17,400 bases of DNA from a virus (IMGVR_UViG_2802429221_000010); one strand, 5' to 3'. Shown: positions 1 through 8,337, counted from the first letter of the stretch. Program-made: numbers and translations. Notes: generated from the sequence alone by a model not told the origin.

Positions 1-1215
1 ATGCTGCTTTCAGACCTTGCTATCAGACGCGCGAAGCCGAAAGAAAAGGCTTATACGCTCAATGACGGTAACGGGCTTTCGTTACTCATTGAGCCGAACG
101 GCTCGAAAGGGTGGCGACTACGTTACAGGTTTGCAGGAAAGCCCAAAATGTTGTCATTGGGCGTGTACCCTGATGTGTCTCTGTCTGATGCCAGGGCGGC
201 AAGGGATGAGGCTAAAAGGCTTCTTGCTGGTGGTATAAATCCAAGTGAGGCCAGAAAAGCCCAAAAGCGAGAACAGGCGAGCAAATTTGGCAATACTTTT
301 GAGGGTATCGCTCGCGAATGGTACGAAAAGCGGATCGACAGGTGGTCATCGTCATACGCCGAGGAAATGATCGAGACGTTTGAAAAAGACGTTTTTCCGT
401 ACATTGGCGGTAGGCCGATCGCAGAAATTAAGCCGATGGAATTGCTGGCGGTTCTTTCCCGTCTTAATGACCGTGGTGCGACTGAAAAATTGCGTAAGGT
501 TCGCCAGCGATGTGGCGAGGTGTTCCGGTACGCAATCATCACCGGACGCGCCGAATATAATCCAGCCCCTGACCTGGTGAGCGCATTTGCTCCACATAAA
601 AAAGAGCATTACGCCTATCTGAAGGCCGACGAACTGCCGGAATTTTTCCGCGTTTTTAATACGTACACCGGAAGCCAGATCGTCAAACTGGCAATGCGGC
701 TATTAATTCTGACAGGTGTCAGACCCGGGGAATTACGGCAGGCAGAATGGCGGGAGATCGATTTTGATAATCGTTTGTGGGAAGTGCCTAAAGAACGAAT
801 GAAGATGCGCCGTCCGCATTGTGTGCCATTACCAGAACAGGCGATAAAAATACTGGAGCAGTTAAAAAACATGACAGGCCAGTATCAGTTTATTTTCCCC
901 GGTCGTATTCACCACAGTAAGCCAATGAGTGAAATGGCGATGAATGTACTCATTCGTCGTATTGGCTACGCCGGGCGCGTCACTGGTCATGGATTCCGGC
1001 ACACCATGAGCACCATTTTGCATGAACAGGGCTATAACACTGCGTGGATAGAAACACAGCTTGCGCATGTTGATAAAAACTCAATTCGTGGCACGTACAA
1101 CCATGCGCAATATCTGGATGGTCGCCGGGAAATGCTCCAGTGGTACGCCGACTATATGGATTCGCTTGAGCATGGCGGAAATGTTGTTTACATAAAATCT
1201 GAAAAATTAAATTGA
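1..1215 (+). CDS. int: Tyrosine site-specific integrase, P4-type (phage integrase family)
   Basis: 404-aa ORF. N-terminal stretch LSDLAIRRAKPKEKAYTLNDGNGLSLLIEPNGSKGWRLRYRF matches the P4-type integrase arm-binding domain. C-terminal catalytic box GHGFRHT (H-x-x-R) plus downstream Tyr (TYNHAQY). ORF starts at window position 1, so the true start could lie upstream. Confidence 0.93.
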   Translation: MLLSDLAIRRAKPKEKAYTLNDGNGLSLLIEPNGSKGWRLRYRFAGKPKMLSLGVYPDVSLSDARAARDEAKRLLAGGINPSEARKAQKREQASKFGNTFEGIAREWYEKRIDRWSSSYAEEMIETFEKDVFPYIGGRPIAEIKPMELLAVLSRLNDRGATEKLRKVRQRCGEVFRYAIITGRAEYNPAPDLVSAFAPHKKEHYAYLKADELPEFFRVFNTYTGSQIVKLAMRLLILTGVRPGELRQAEWREIDFDNRLWEVPKERMKMRRPHCVPLPEQAIKILEQLKNMTGQYQFIFPGRIHHSKPMSEMAMNVLIRRIGYAGRVTGHGFRHTMSTILHEQGYNTAWIETQLAHVDKNSIRGTYNHAQYLDGRREMLQWYADYMDSLEHGGNVVYIKSEKLN

Positions 1216-1245
1216 TTACATTGATATTCTTATATAGGTGATATC

Positions 1246-2154
1246 ATGCTTCCTGAAAGATTGTTTTACACTCTGAATAAAGCAGCTTTTGAGATAAATA
1301 GAGATGTTTATGATTTATTTCACTATATATCAATCGGAATGGTTGATGTAGCAATAAATATAGACTTGTCAGATCTTATTGAAGAAGGAAGGGTCTCTGT
1401 TCGTGGTAAATTTAATAAAGAAATATTTACTAATACAAGAAGTAAAAAATTCAGACATCGCTCTAACTATGCAAAAATAAGTGAAGTTATTAGTTGCGAA
1501 TCTAATGGAAAGTTAAAACATAGAAAAGTCATTAAGGCATGTGGTCTTTTTTCTGTCCGAACATCCAATCTTTTTAAGATGGATGCTGATTTTGATAACG
1601 TGAAAGAATTTGTTGTTGATAGGCTATATCCAGTGAGGCTTCCATCTTTTACGCACTATAACTTGGAGGATTATAACCCACGAGTAATTTTAATTGATGG
1701 TGGTATAAATATTAAAACAAGCGATTTAGTTATAACTAAAAGTGAATTATTTTTGCTTAAAAATGGTGGAGTGACAATAAATTGGAGATTAAACCAAGTC
1801 AAATCATCTATGGATAAGTATCCCGATTTTATTAAAAGTAAAATGGATGGGGGAAATTCACGTAGTTGCGAAACAATTAACAAAATGGTGGGTAAGCCTA
1901 GAAATATCTATCGAAATGTTATTGTTGATGTAGCGAAAGCTACTCGTATTTCTTATCCGTGGAGCCATACGACATTAATTATCAATAAAATACACTCCTT
2001 GCTTTATTCTGTTGATGCTGTTAATACACCTAAAGTAGGTACAATTAGAAATATTCTTTGTTCAGAAGGAATTGGCAAAACAGGAGTGGAAACAAAAGAT
2101 GATTTCCGCTTGGTTATCCCAGAGGAGTACAGAAAATTATTTAAATTGAATTAA
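1246..2154 (+). CDS. Hypothetical protein, 302 aa, AT-rich orphan gene; function unknown (candidate cargo)
   Basis: Stop-bounded ORF with AGGTGA Shine-Dalgarno 4 nt before the ATG, 30 bp after the int stop. Visibly AT-rich (roughly one-third GC by eye) against about 50% GC in int and alpA. No motif recognised. Confidence 0.6.
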   Translation: MLPERLFYTLNKAAFEINRDVYDLFHYISIGMVDVAINIDLSDLIEEGRVSVRGKFNKEIFTNTRSKKFRHRSNYAKISEVISCESNGKLKHRKVIKACGLFSVRTSNLFKMDADFDNVKEFVVDRLYPVRLPSFTHYNLEDYNPRVILIDGGINIKTSDLVITKSELFLLKNGGVTINWRLNQVKSSMDKYPDFIKSKMDGGNSRSCETINKMVGKPRNIYRNVIVDVAKATRISYPWSHTTLIINKIHSLLYSVDAVNTPKVGTIRNILCSEGIGKTGVETKDDFRLVIPEEYRKLFKLN

Positions 2155-2252
2155 ATTGTATTTAATTTAAATTTTAATATTTAATTTAAAAAATACATCC
2201 TTCTCTTGTGTATATTCCAGAAACAGACTTTTATATGCATCAGGAGAAGTGT

Positions 2253-2453
2253 ATGGATAAGCAAAATTTAATTCGTATGCCAGAAACCATGCGCCGTACA
2301 GGCTATGGTAGGGCATGGATCTATAAACTCATTGCCCAAGGGCGTTTTCCTAAACCTGTAAAAATTGGCTCGCGAGCGATTGCTTTCGTTGAGAGTGAAA
2401 TTGATGAGTGGATTAATCAGCGTATTGCGGAATCACGCGGAACAGCTACCTGA
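2253..2453 (+). CDS. alpA: AlpA-family transcriptional regulator / excisionase-like HTH protein
   Basis: Translation LIRMPETMRRTGYGRAWIYKLI...IAFVESEIDEWINQR parallels E. coli AlpA (ILRLPAVIQKTGMARATIYDWL...VGWIEAEIDEWLSQR). AGGAGA Shine-Dalgarno precedes the ATG at 2253; the ORF track start at 2208 lacks one. Confidence 0.85.
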   Translation: MDKQNLIRMPETMRRTGYGRAWIYKLIAQGRFPKPVKIGSRAIAFVESEIDEWINQRIAESRGTAT

Positions 2454-2531
2454 TTAAATGGCTACGGGGCCAGAAGCCCCAGCTATCCACCAGCAAATAA
2501 AAAGTAACTTAATTCGATAGCAGGAGTTTTT

Positions 2532-3332
2532 ATGAAACTGCGAAAAACGCCCGTACAGGGGCAGGGCTTCGTTCGGCCTGAAAACCAGAATCTGCAAAAT
2601 TTCGGCGAAATTATCCCGATTATTTCCGGCGTTATTGGCGGGAGTGAAACCACTATTGTTAGCGCCAGAGCGTTACATAAGGCGTTAGGTGTAGGGCGCG
2701 TTTTCCGTTCGTGGATCAAGGGGCGCATTGAAGAATACGGGTTCACGGAAGGCGTGGATTATGAGGTTGTTGAATATTTGAGCCGACCCGATCCGGTGAG
2801 CGCAAAATCTCGCCAGCAAACCGCTCTTGAGTACATCATCACAGTGAACATGGCAAAAGAACTGGCGATGGTCGAACGCACCGAACAGGGCCGCGCCGTT
2901 CGTCAGTACTTCATCAAATGCGAGGAGGAGCTACACAAGGTAGCGCCAGTGCGTTCCGCAGCGTTACGCCGGGAACTGAAAGCCCGTATCACAGTTGCCA
3001 GCTACTTTAAGCCAATGTGTGCCGCGTTGGAGGCGTACCGGGCTGAACTGGGTAAAAACACGTTCCAGCACCACTACACCACGGAAGCCAATATGCTGGC
3101 GCGTATCGTGCTGGGTGGCATGACTGCAAAACAGTGGGCGCAGGCGAACGGCATCACAGGCGAACCACGCGACCACATGAGCACGTTGCAGCTTGAGCAC
3201 CTTTCTTACCTTGAGCAGAGCAATATCACGCTGATTGAGTTAGGCCTGGACTACCACCAGCGGAAAGCTGAATTAATTCGTCTTTCGCAGCGTTGGTTAG
3301 CCCGTCGCATGGAGGAAAACAGCCATGTGTAA
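2532..3332 (+). CDS. Phage antirepressor-like protein (AntA/AntB-type N-terminal domain)
   Basis: 266-aa ORF with AGGAG Shine-Dalgarno. Segment SARALHKALGVGRVFRSWIKGRIEEYGFTEGVDYEV resembles the AntA-family core. Domain assignment is from memory, not a search. Confidence 0.65.
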   Translation: MKLRKTPVQGQGFVRPENQNLQNFGEIIPIISGVIGGSETTIVSARALHKALGVGRVFRSWIKGRIEEYGFTEGVDYEVVEYLSRPDPVSAKSRQQTALEYIITVNMAKELAMVERTEQGRAVRQYFIKCEEELHKVAPVRSAALRRELKARITVASYFKPMCAALEAYRAELGKNTFQHHYTTEANMLARIVLGGMTAKQWAQANGITGEPRDHMSTLQLEHLSYLEQSNITLIELGLDYHQRKAELIRLSQRWLARRMEENSHV

Positions 3333-4863
3333 CGCTCTGACCGTTACAAAAAGAGAAAGCGCCCCGTTGCCGGAGCGCCTTTGTGAACGAATAGCCTACT
3401 GCGCCATATTGCTTACTGTCTACGAGGCAGATTATAGCGTTGTGGTCGCACAGAGTGAAGGCGCTGATCACCGTTACTACAGCACGCCAGAAATGCAGAA
3501 TATTTTGCTGCAAAATGTCGTTGGTCACGCTGTCCGGAAAGCAAAAAATTTTGCTGGTAGCGCGACTGATGCGATTTTGTCAGGTCGCCAGGTGATGATC
3601 AATCTGATGTCTAATTTCGTTCTGGATAAAACAAAGGCGACCGCAGAGGGCCACCAGTGGGAAAGCTACACACTTGAACACATCGCCAACAATGCCAGAT
3701 TTGCGGCTGGTGGGCAATGTGATCAGTGTGCTGGCTTGCTGGTGGGCTATTCCTGCTCTTTAACATTGCCATGCCGCGATGTTTTCCAGGTATGCGACCC
3801 CATTTTTGTGCGCCTGTACTCTTTAAGGAATTTCTCAAGGATAAACGCACAGGGCGCGAATCTGTCTGACTCATATTCGTACGCTATCTTTCTGCGCTGT
3901 CTTTTCCGTGCCGGTGATGGTGTATTGGTTGATTCTTTGTTGGTCATTCTGTGTACCTGTAAAGCAATGCGCCGGAGTTCCTCACACCACGGCGATGATA
4001 GTTATTATTCTGATTCTTTGGCCTTGCGGCGCTGGAGTTCTTCACGTGCGACGGTGACGAGTTGCCCGATCTCCTCGACAGCTTTGACTCCGATTTTTTC
4101 CACCTGCGCCAGTGCATTGAGCGAAGAAACCAGGGGATTTTCTCCGCTTCCTTCTGCCTGGCGGCGGGCGATCTCACCACGCATGGCGGTTACTATGAAT
4201 CCGGCGTTGCTTTCGCCGTCCAGTTTTACGGATTCCATGCCTTCAAAAGCATCATGTGGGATACGAATTGAAATCTGTTTTGATTTGTCGTTGATAGTGT
4301 TTTTTGCCATGTGCATTCTCCTAAACAAAAGATGTGATTCAGTATACACAAAAAAGAATCACAAAAAATACTTGACCTGTGATTCAGTTAAATTTAATTT
4401 AAATCACACCTCAGTAAGAGGATGTAAACGACAACGCCCCGAACTGTTTGCGGCAGTAGCGGGGCGTCTAACCAAACCGTTAAATGAGGTAACGATTATG
4501 GCTGGGGCACAGCATACCCAAACTCACCCTAAATTTATATACACCTTCCTGGCGGTGCACCGTGATTGCATGGCTGACGGTAAAAACACTGTTCATGTAG
4601 CCGCCGATACGCTGGTTGATGCCTGCGAGATGCTCAATGACATGGGCTATATCTCGGCAACATGGAAAGGGCGCGAAGAAAACACGTTGTTTATTCAGAA
4701 ATGCGAAAACAATTTTATCTGGCGTTTTATCGCCCTGAGTACGGCACAACCGCGCGTGATTCACATCGAGGCCACCAGCGAACAGGAAGCACGCCAGCAA
4801 TCTCCTGATGGCTGCGTGATGGTATTCGCTGCCCATATTCGCCAGGAGGTGGAGCATGTGTAA
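3325..4863 (+). CDS. ORF of uncertain extent: translationally coupled start, plausible coding N-terminus, remainder probably not a real 512-aa protein
   Basis: ATG at 3325 overlaps the upstream stop (ccATGTGTAAcg). First roughly 120-160 codons have protein-like composition. From about 3800 the translation turns Ser/Cys/Arg-rich and low-complexity, runs antisense through the RHH-like gene (4005-4310) and its operator region, and ends in frame with the better-supported start at 4498. Confidence 0.25.
   Translation: MCNALTVTKRESAPLPERLCERIAYCAILLTVYEADYSVVVAQSEGADHRYYSTPEMQNILLQNVVGHAVRKAKNFAGSATDAILSGRQVMINLMSNFVLDKTKATAEGHQWESYTLEHIANNARFAAGGQCDQCAGLLVGYSCSLTLPCRDVFQVCDPIFVRLYSLRNFSRINAQGANLSDSYSYAIFLRCLFRAGDGVLVDSLLVILCTCKAMRRSSSHHGDDSYYSDSLALRRWSSSRATVTSCPISSTALTPIFSTCASALSEETRGFSPLPSAWRRAISPRMAVTMNPALLSPSSFTDSMPSKASCGIRIEICFDLSLIVFFAMCILLNKRCDSVYTKKNHKKYLTCDSVKFNLNHTSVRGCKRQRPELFAAVAGRLTKPLNEVTIMAGAQHTQTHPKFIYTFLAVHRDCMADGKNTVHVAADTLVDACEMLNDMGYISATWKGREENTLFIQKCENNFIWRFIALSTAQPRVIHIEATSEQEARQQSPDGCVMVFAAHIRQEVEHV
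4005..4310 (-). CDS. Ribbon-helix-helix-like small DNA-binding protein; candidate element repressor
   Basis: Translation MAKNTINDKSKQISIRIPHDAFEGMESVKLDGESNAGFIVTAMRGEI has a beta-strand then helix pattern typical of RHH (CopG/Arc) folds. AGGAGA sits 6 nt before the ATG at 4310 on the minus strand. Divergent from the + strand gene run, with palindromic repeats between. Confidence 0.6.
   Translation of the reverse strand: MAKNTINDKSKQISIRIPHDAFEGMESVKLDGESNAGFIVTAMRGEIARRQAEGSGENPLVSSLNALAQVEKIGVKAVEEIGQLVTVAREELQRRKAKESE
4330..4412. promoter_or_regulatory. Divergent promoter/operator region with TGTGATTC inverted repeats
   Basis: TGTGATTC (4333-4340) and GAATCACA (4355-4362) form one palindrome; TGTGATTCAG (4377-4386) and AATCACA (4402-4408) form a second. 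A TTGACC -35-like hexamer (4371-4376) lies between them, with a possible -10 TAATTT about 17 bp downstream. Confidence 0.45.
4498..4863 (+). CDS. Hypothetical protein, 121 aa
   Basis: ATG at 4498 preceded by GAGGT 7 nt upstream, located downstream of the promoter/operator region. Globular-looking composition. Stop overlaps the next gene's start (gcATGTGTAAtg). Confidence 0.5.
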   Translation: MAGAQHTQTHPKFIYTFLAVHRDCMADGKNTVHVAADTLVDACEMLNDMGYISATWKGREENTLFIQKCENNFIWRFIALSTAQPRVIHIEATSEQEARQQSPDGCVMVFAAHIRQEVEHV

Positions 4864-5080
4864 TGCAACATGGCCTGATGCAGCGGTAGACGCTATCAAA
4901 ACGCTGATGGATTCACTTATTGAGATTTCTGCTATCGCTGGTGTGGCGCATAAACACGCAGCCAGAGAATCAGAATGCATCTCCCATTATTTAGCATTTG
5001 TGCAGCTGAAAGCCGATCAGGCACTGGATAAGGCCGGAAAAATTATCATGGCTGATGTGCAGGAGGTGCACCATGCATAA
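4856..5080 (+). CDS. Hypothetical small protein, 74 aa
   Basis: AGGAGG 6 nt upstream of the ATG. Start overlaps the upstream stop and its stop overlaps the next start (ccATGCATAA). Begins MCNA, like the ORF at 3325. Confidence 0.5.
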   Translation: MCNATWPDAAVDAIKTLMDSLIEISAIAGVAHKHAARESECISHYLAFVQLKADQALDKAGKIIMADVQEVHHA

Positions 5081-5438
5081 CCTGTCAATTTCTGACCTTA
5101 ACAGCATTCAGTTTGACGAGAAATTTACCGGGCAGCTACTGGTCAATGTGGAGAATGGACGCGTGGTAAGTAATTATCACCTGCCGGATGGTGCAATTGC
5201 CGGAAGCGTTGAAGCATTGCTGGAGCTGGCAGAACGTGCGCGACTGATTAAGCCGTTAACGTGCCATCACGATGATAATCTGCATTTTACCGGACGCATG
5301 GTGAGTCACTACGAAAACGGCGTTGAAGTATCCTGCGAACGTCTGCGTGATGATTGCTGTTTCGGCACATTGCCGGAATTTATCGAATTGCTGACCAGTT
5401 GCGGTTATCAGGTCATTCAGGGGGGGAAACATGCGTGA
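5073..5438 (+). CDS. Hypothetical protein, 121 aa; paralogue of the 5657-5857 product
   Basis: AGGAGG 6 nt upstream of the ATG at 5073. N-terminus MHNLSISDLNSIQFDEKFTGQLLVNVENGRV aligns with MHNHEAHVPVVLNVPDDFTGRVLVYLDKGKV of the 5657 ORF. Confidence 0.6.
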   Translation: MHNLSISDLNSIQFDEKFTGQLLVNVENGRVVSNYHLPDGAIAGSVEALLELAERARLIKPLTCHHDDNLHFTGRMVSHYENGVEVSCERLRDDCCFGTLPEFIELLTSCGYQVIQGGKHA

Positions 5439-5664
5439 TGATCGTTTTAATTCCCTGAAACAGGAGTTTGATGGCGCACCGGAAGATACATCGGGCGCAT
5501 TGTTGAACGTTGCTGACATGATGAAAGCTGCATATTTTCTTATCAATACCAATGGCTACAAGTCAGAGGGTGAAATGATTCTTAGTATTGCGTCGGACTA
5601 TGCGGAATATGTGGCAGAGGCGCGTTACAGAAGAAAATTCACGGAGGATATAAGCCATGCATAA
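5431..5664 (+). CDS. Hypothetical small protein, 77 aa
   Basis: GGGGGG before the ATG. Start overlaps the upstream stop (ATGCGTGA) and stop overlaps the next start (ccATGCATAA). Confidence 0.5.
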   Translation: MRDDRFNSLKQEFDGAPEDTSGALLNVADMMKAAYFLINTNGYKSEGEMILSIASDYAEYVAEARYRRKFTEDISHA

Positions 5665-5857
5665 TCATGAAGCGCATGTACCCGTAGTGCTTAATGTGCC
5701 AGATGATTTCACCGGACGCGTACTGGTTTACCTGGATAAAGGGAAAGTGAAATCACAACGCCGACTGAAAAGTAATGAAATTTTGGGTTCTCCTGAGTTT
5801 TTTTCTGAACTCTGTATTCGTGCAGAAATAAAACCGGAACTGCTGACAGGAAAATAA
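5657..5857 (+). CDS. Hypothetical small protein, 66 aa; paralogue of the 5073-5438 product
   Basis: GGAGGA 8 nt upstream. Shares the MHN start and DFTG(Q/R)(L/V)LV motif with the 5073 ORF. Confidence 0.55.
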   Translation: MHNHEAHVPVVLNVPDDFTGRVLVYLDKGKVKSQRRLKSNEILGSPEFFSELCIRAEIKPELLTGK

Positions 5858-5861
5858 AACC

Positions 5862-6152
5862 ATGAAAAAGAAAAATTCTGGCTTTACTGCCAGCGGTCTC
5901 TCTCGGCCTGAAATCAGACACGGAGATATTTACCGCGACACCATACGTGGGGGACGAGCGGTTATTTGTCATGTTACGCCAGAAAATATCACCTACCGCC
6001 GTGACGCTTATGAATATGACTGCATAATGCCGTGCCGTCAGTTTGAGCGTGATTTTATTCTGGTGGAGAACAAACAACAGGAAGCGACGAGACGTGCAGC
6101 CATGAATATTAAAAAAATCCGGGCAATGTTGGTTGCGGGAGGTAAGAAGTGA
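5862..6152 (+). CDS. Hypothetical protein, 96 aa
   Basis: Stop-bounded ORF immediately upstream of the primase; its TGA overlaps the primase GTG start (GTGA at 6149-6152). Confidence 0.5.
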   Translation: MKKKNSGFTASGLSRPEIRHGDIYRDTIRGGRAVICHVTPENITYRRDAYEYDCIMPCRQFERDFILVENKQQEATRRAAMNIKKIRAMLVAGGKK

Positions 6153-7954
6153 AAAACGCACCGAGTCTAAAATATCAGCCGAAGGATAAATTCACTGAGG
6201 TAATCATTTTTGCCGGGACGGATGCTTACGCCCATGCTCAACACTGGATTGAAAGTGAAGGACGAAAACACGGCGATAACGTGCCTCCTGTTTACCTGGG
6301 GCCAAAGCAACTGGCAGACCTGGCGAATATCCGCATTATTGACGAGAAACGCCGTTTTGCGCGTGTCTATATCGCGGGGGAGATAGAGCCAATCCAGATC
6401 AATACTATCGCTGAAAAGCTGGCGCTGGCTGGCGTACAGGACGCGAAATTATACAAAGGTATCACCGACCGGGAGCCGGAAAACTGGCGCGACTACCTGC
6501 AACGGATCCGCGAACAGGCAGAGAGTGGGGAAGTTTCAGCGATGAAATTAGCCACAAAAAATATTGACCTACCCAGGCCAGCACTAAATCAGATGGGAGC
6601 CAGCCAGAGAGGGGAAGTGTTACTTGAATATTATGGAAGAGCACTGGCTATAAATGATGATTCTGATGTAGTTCACCATTACAACGGAATTGTCTGGGTG
6701 CCTGTATCTGATAAGGAACTCCAGCGGTCTATGGCGAAGATTTTTATTGATGCTGGAATCAGTTATTCGCAAAACGCCATTAAATTTGCCGTAGACACAA
6801 TGAAATTGAGCCTGCCTGTTATGGGCGGGGCAGACAGGAATCTTATTGGATTCAGTAACGGGGTATTTGATACCCGGACGGGAAATTTTCGGGAGCATAA
6901 CAAAAATGACTGGTTGTTAAATGCCAGTGAATTACCGTTCAGCCCACCAGCAGAGGGGGAAACGCTGGCAACACATGCGCCGAATTTCTGGAAGTGGCTG
7001 CGTCGTTCGGTGGCAGATAATGATCGTAAAGCTGATCGCGTACTGGCGGCATTATTCATGGTACTGGCGAACCGGTACGACTGGCAGTTATTCCTTGAGG
7101 TAACAGGCCCAGGCGGAAGCGGTAAAAGTGTGATGGCTGAGATTTGTACCATGCTGGCGGGTAAGGCCAACACAGTATCGGCAAGCATGAAGGCTCTGGA
7201 AGACGCAAGGGAACGCGCGTTAGTAGTTGGCTTTTCGCTGATTATCATGCCGGATATGACTCGCTACGCTGGCGATGGTGCAGGAATTAAGGCAATTACT
7301 GGCGGCGACAAGGTGGCAATTGATCCGAAACATAAAGCCCCCTACTCCACACGTATTCCGGCAGTAGTGCTTGCGGTAAACAATAACGCCATGTCATTCA
7401 GTGACCGAAGCGGGGGGATCTCGCGTCGTAGGGTGATATTTAATTTCTCTGAGGTCGTACCGGAGAACGAACGCGATCCCATGCTGGCGGAAAAGATAGA
7501 AGGCGAACTGGCGGTAGTGATTCGCCATTTGCTAACACGATTTACCGACCAGGACGAAGCTAAAAGACTACTTTATGAGCAGCAAAAATCAGAAGAAGCG
7601 CTGTTGATAAAGCGCGAAGGTGATTCACTGGTGGACTTTTGCGGCTATCTGATGTCGTTGGTTAAATGTGAAGGAATGATGGTGGGCAATGCGGAAATAG
7701 TGCCATTTAGCCCGAGGCGATACCTGTATCATGCTTATTTAGCCTATATGTCAGCGCATGGCCTGGGAAAACCAGTATCACTGACACGCTTTGGTACTGA
7801 TATGCCAGGAGCTATGGCGGAATACGGAAAGGAGTATAAGCGGGCTAAATGCACTAAAGGCCCGGATAAAGGGCGAGTGATAACAAATGTTCTGTTAGAT
7901 GATGATGCTGATGGCTGGTTGCCAGCAGCTACAGGGATTAACGACAGAACATAA
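6149..7954 (+). CDS. Primase-helicase-type replication protein (P4 alpha / D5-like NTPase)
   Basis: 601-aa ORF with Walker A GPGGSGKS at 7106-7129 and a downstream hydrophobic strand ending in acidic residues (LIIMPDM). The N-terminal half is long enough for a primase-like domain. Immediately followed by an iteron array. Confidence 0.88.
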   Translation: MKNAPSLKYQPKDKFTEVIIFAGTDAYAHAQHWIESEGRKHGDNVPPVYLGPKQLADLANIRIIDEKRRFARVYIAGEIEPIQINTIAEKLALAGVQDAKLYKGITDREPENWRDYLQRIREQAESGEVSAMKLATKNIDLPRPALNQMGASQRGEVLLEYYGRALAINDDSDVVHHYNGIVWVPVSDKELQRSMAKIFIDAGISYSQNAIKFAVDTMKLSLPVMGGADRNLIGFSNGVFDTRTGNFREHNKNDWLLNASELPFSPPAEGETLATHAPNFWKWLRRSVADNDRKADRVLAALFMVLANRYDWQLFLEVTGPGGSGKSVMAEICTMLAGKANTVSASMKALEDARERALVVGFSLIIMPDMTRYAGDGAGIKAITGGDKVAIDPKHKAPYSTRIPAVVLAVNNNAMSFSDRSGGISRRRVIFNFSEVVPENERDPMLAEKIEGELAVVIRHLLTRFTDQDEAKRLLYEQQKSEEALLIKREGDSLVDFCGYLMSLVKCEGMMVGNAEIVPFSPRRYLYHAYLAYMSAHGLGKPVSLTRFGTDMPGAMAEYGKEYKRAKCTKGPDKGRVITNVLLDDDADGWLPAATGINDRT

Positions 7955-7981
7955 TACGAAATTTATAAGCTGAAACGTAAA

Positions 7982-8319
7982 GGTAGACGGTTGGTAGACA
8001 GATTCACTTAACCCTCTACCAACCATCTACCAATTAATATTTTGAATTATAAAGATATTTTCAATGTGGTAGAGAGGTAGACAGTTATTTCTATATTCCT
8101 AAACCACGGGGGGTATATAAAAAACAGATAGTTAAGGGGGCATTTTTTAAATTTCTCTTTTAACTGTCTACACTGTCTACCATTTAGTAAAAATCATTAA
8201 TTATCAATGTATTAATGCGGTAGACCGTTGGTAGACAGTTTGCAGATTGTTTTTTTGTTATGTGTTAATAACATTAAATAAATCAATCAATTATATCGGT
8301 AGACAGTTGGTAGACAGTT
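7982..8319. repeat. Iteron array / putative replication origin of the element
   Basis: Six copies, in both orientations, of a doublet of GGTAGACAG-like units: ggtagacggttggtagacag (7982-8001), inverted copy (about 8012-8033), ggtagagaggtagacag (8069-8085), inverted copy (8163-8181), ggtagaccgttggtagacag (8219-8240), ggtagacagttggtagacag (8298-8319). Interspersed with AT-rich spacers, directly 3' of the primase-helicase gene. Confidence 0.7.
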
Positions 8320-8337
8320 GTAACGATGGGGCAAAGC

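Noticed and set aside
17-1068. Several 60-140 codon ORFs on both strands inside the integrase gene (17-238, 123-542, 352-609, 380-580, 615-872, 862-1068)
   Set aside because: They overlap a well-supported integrase reading frame and have skewed, junk-like translations; these are shadow ORFs.
3325-4863. Reading the 512-codon ORF as one large protein
   Set aside because: Only the N-terminal part looks coding. The middle is low-complexity, antisense to a gene with a strong Shine-Dalgarno, and crosses a promoter/operator region. Kept only as a low-confidence feature and an anomaly.
6462-7248. Minus-strand and alternate-frame ORFs inside the primase-helicase gene
   Set aside because: Embedded in a strongly supported 601-aa reading frame; compositions are Ser/Arg/Leu-rich as expected for antisense frames.
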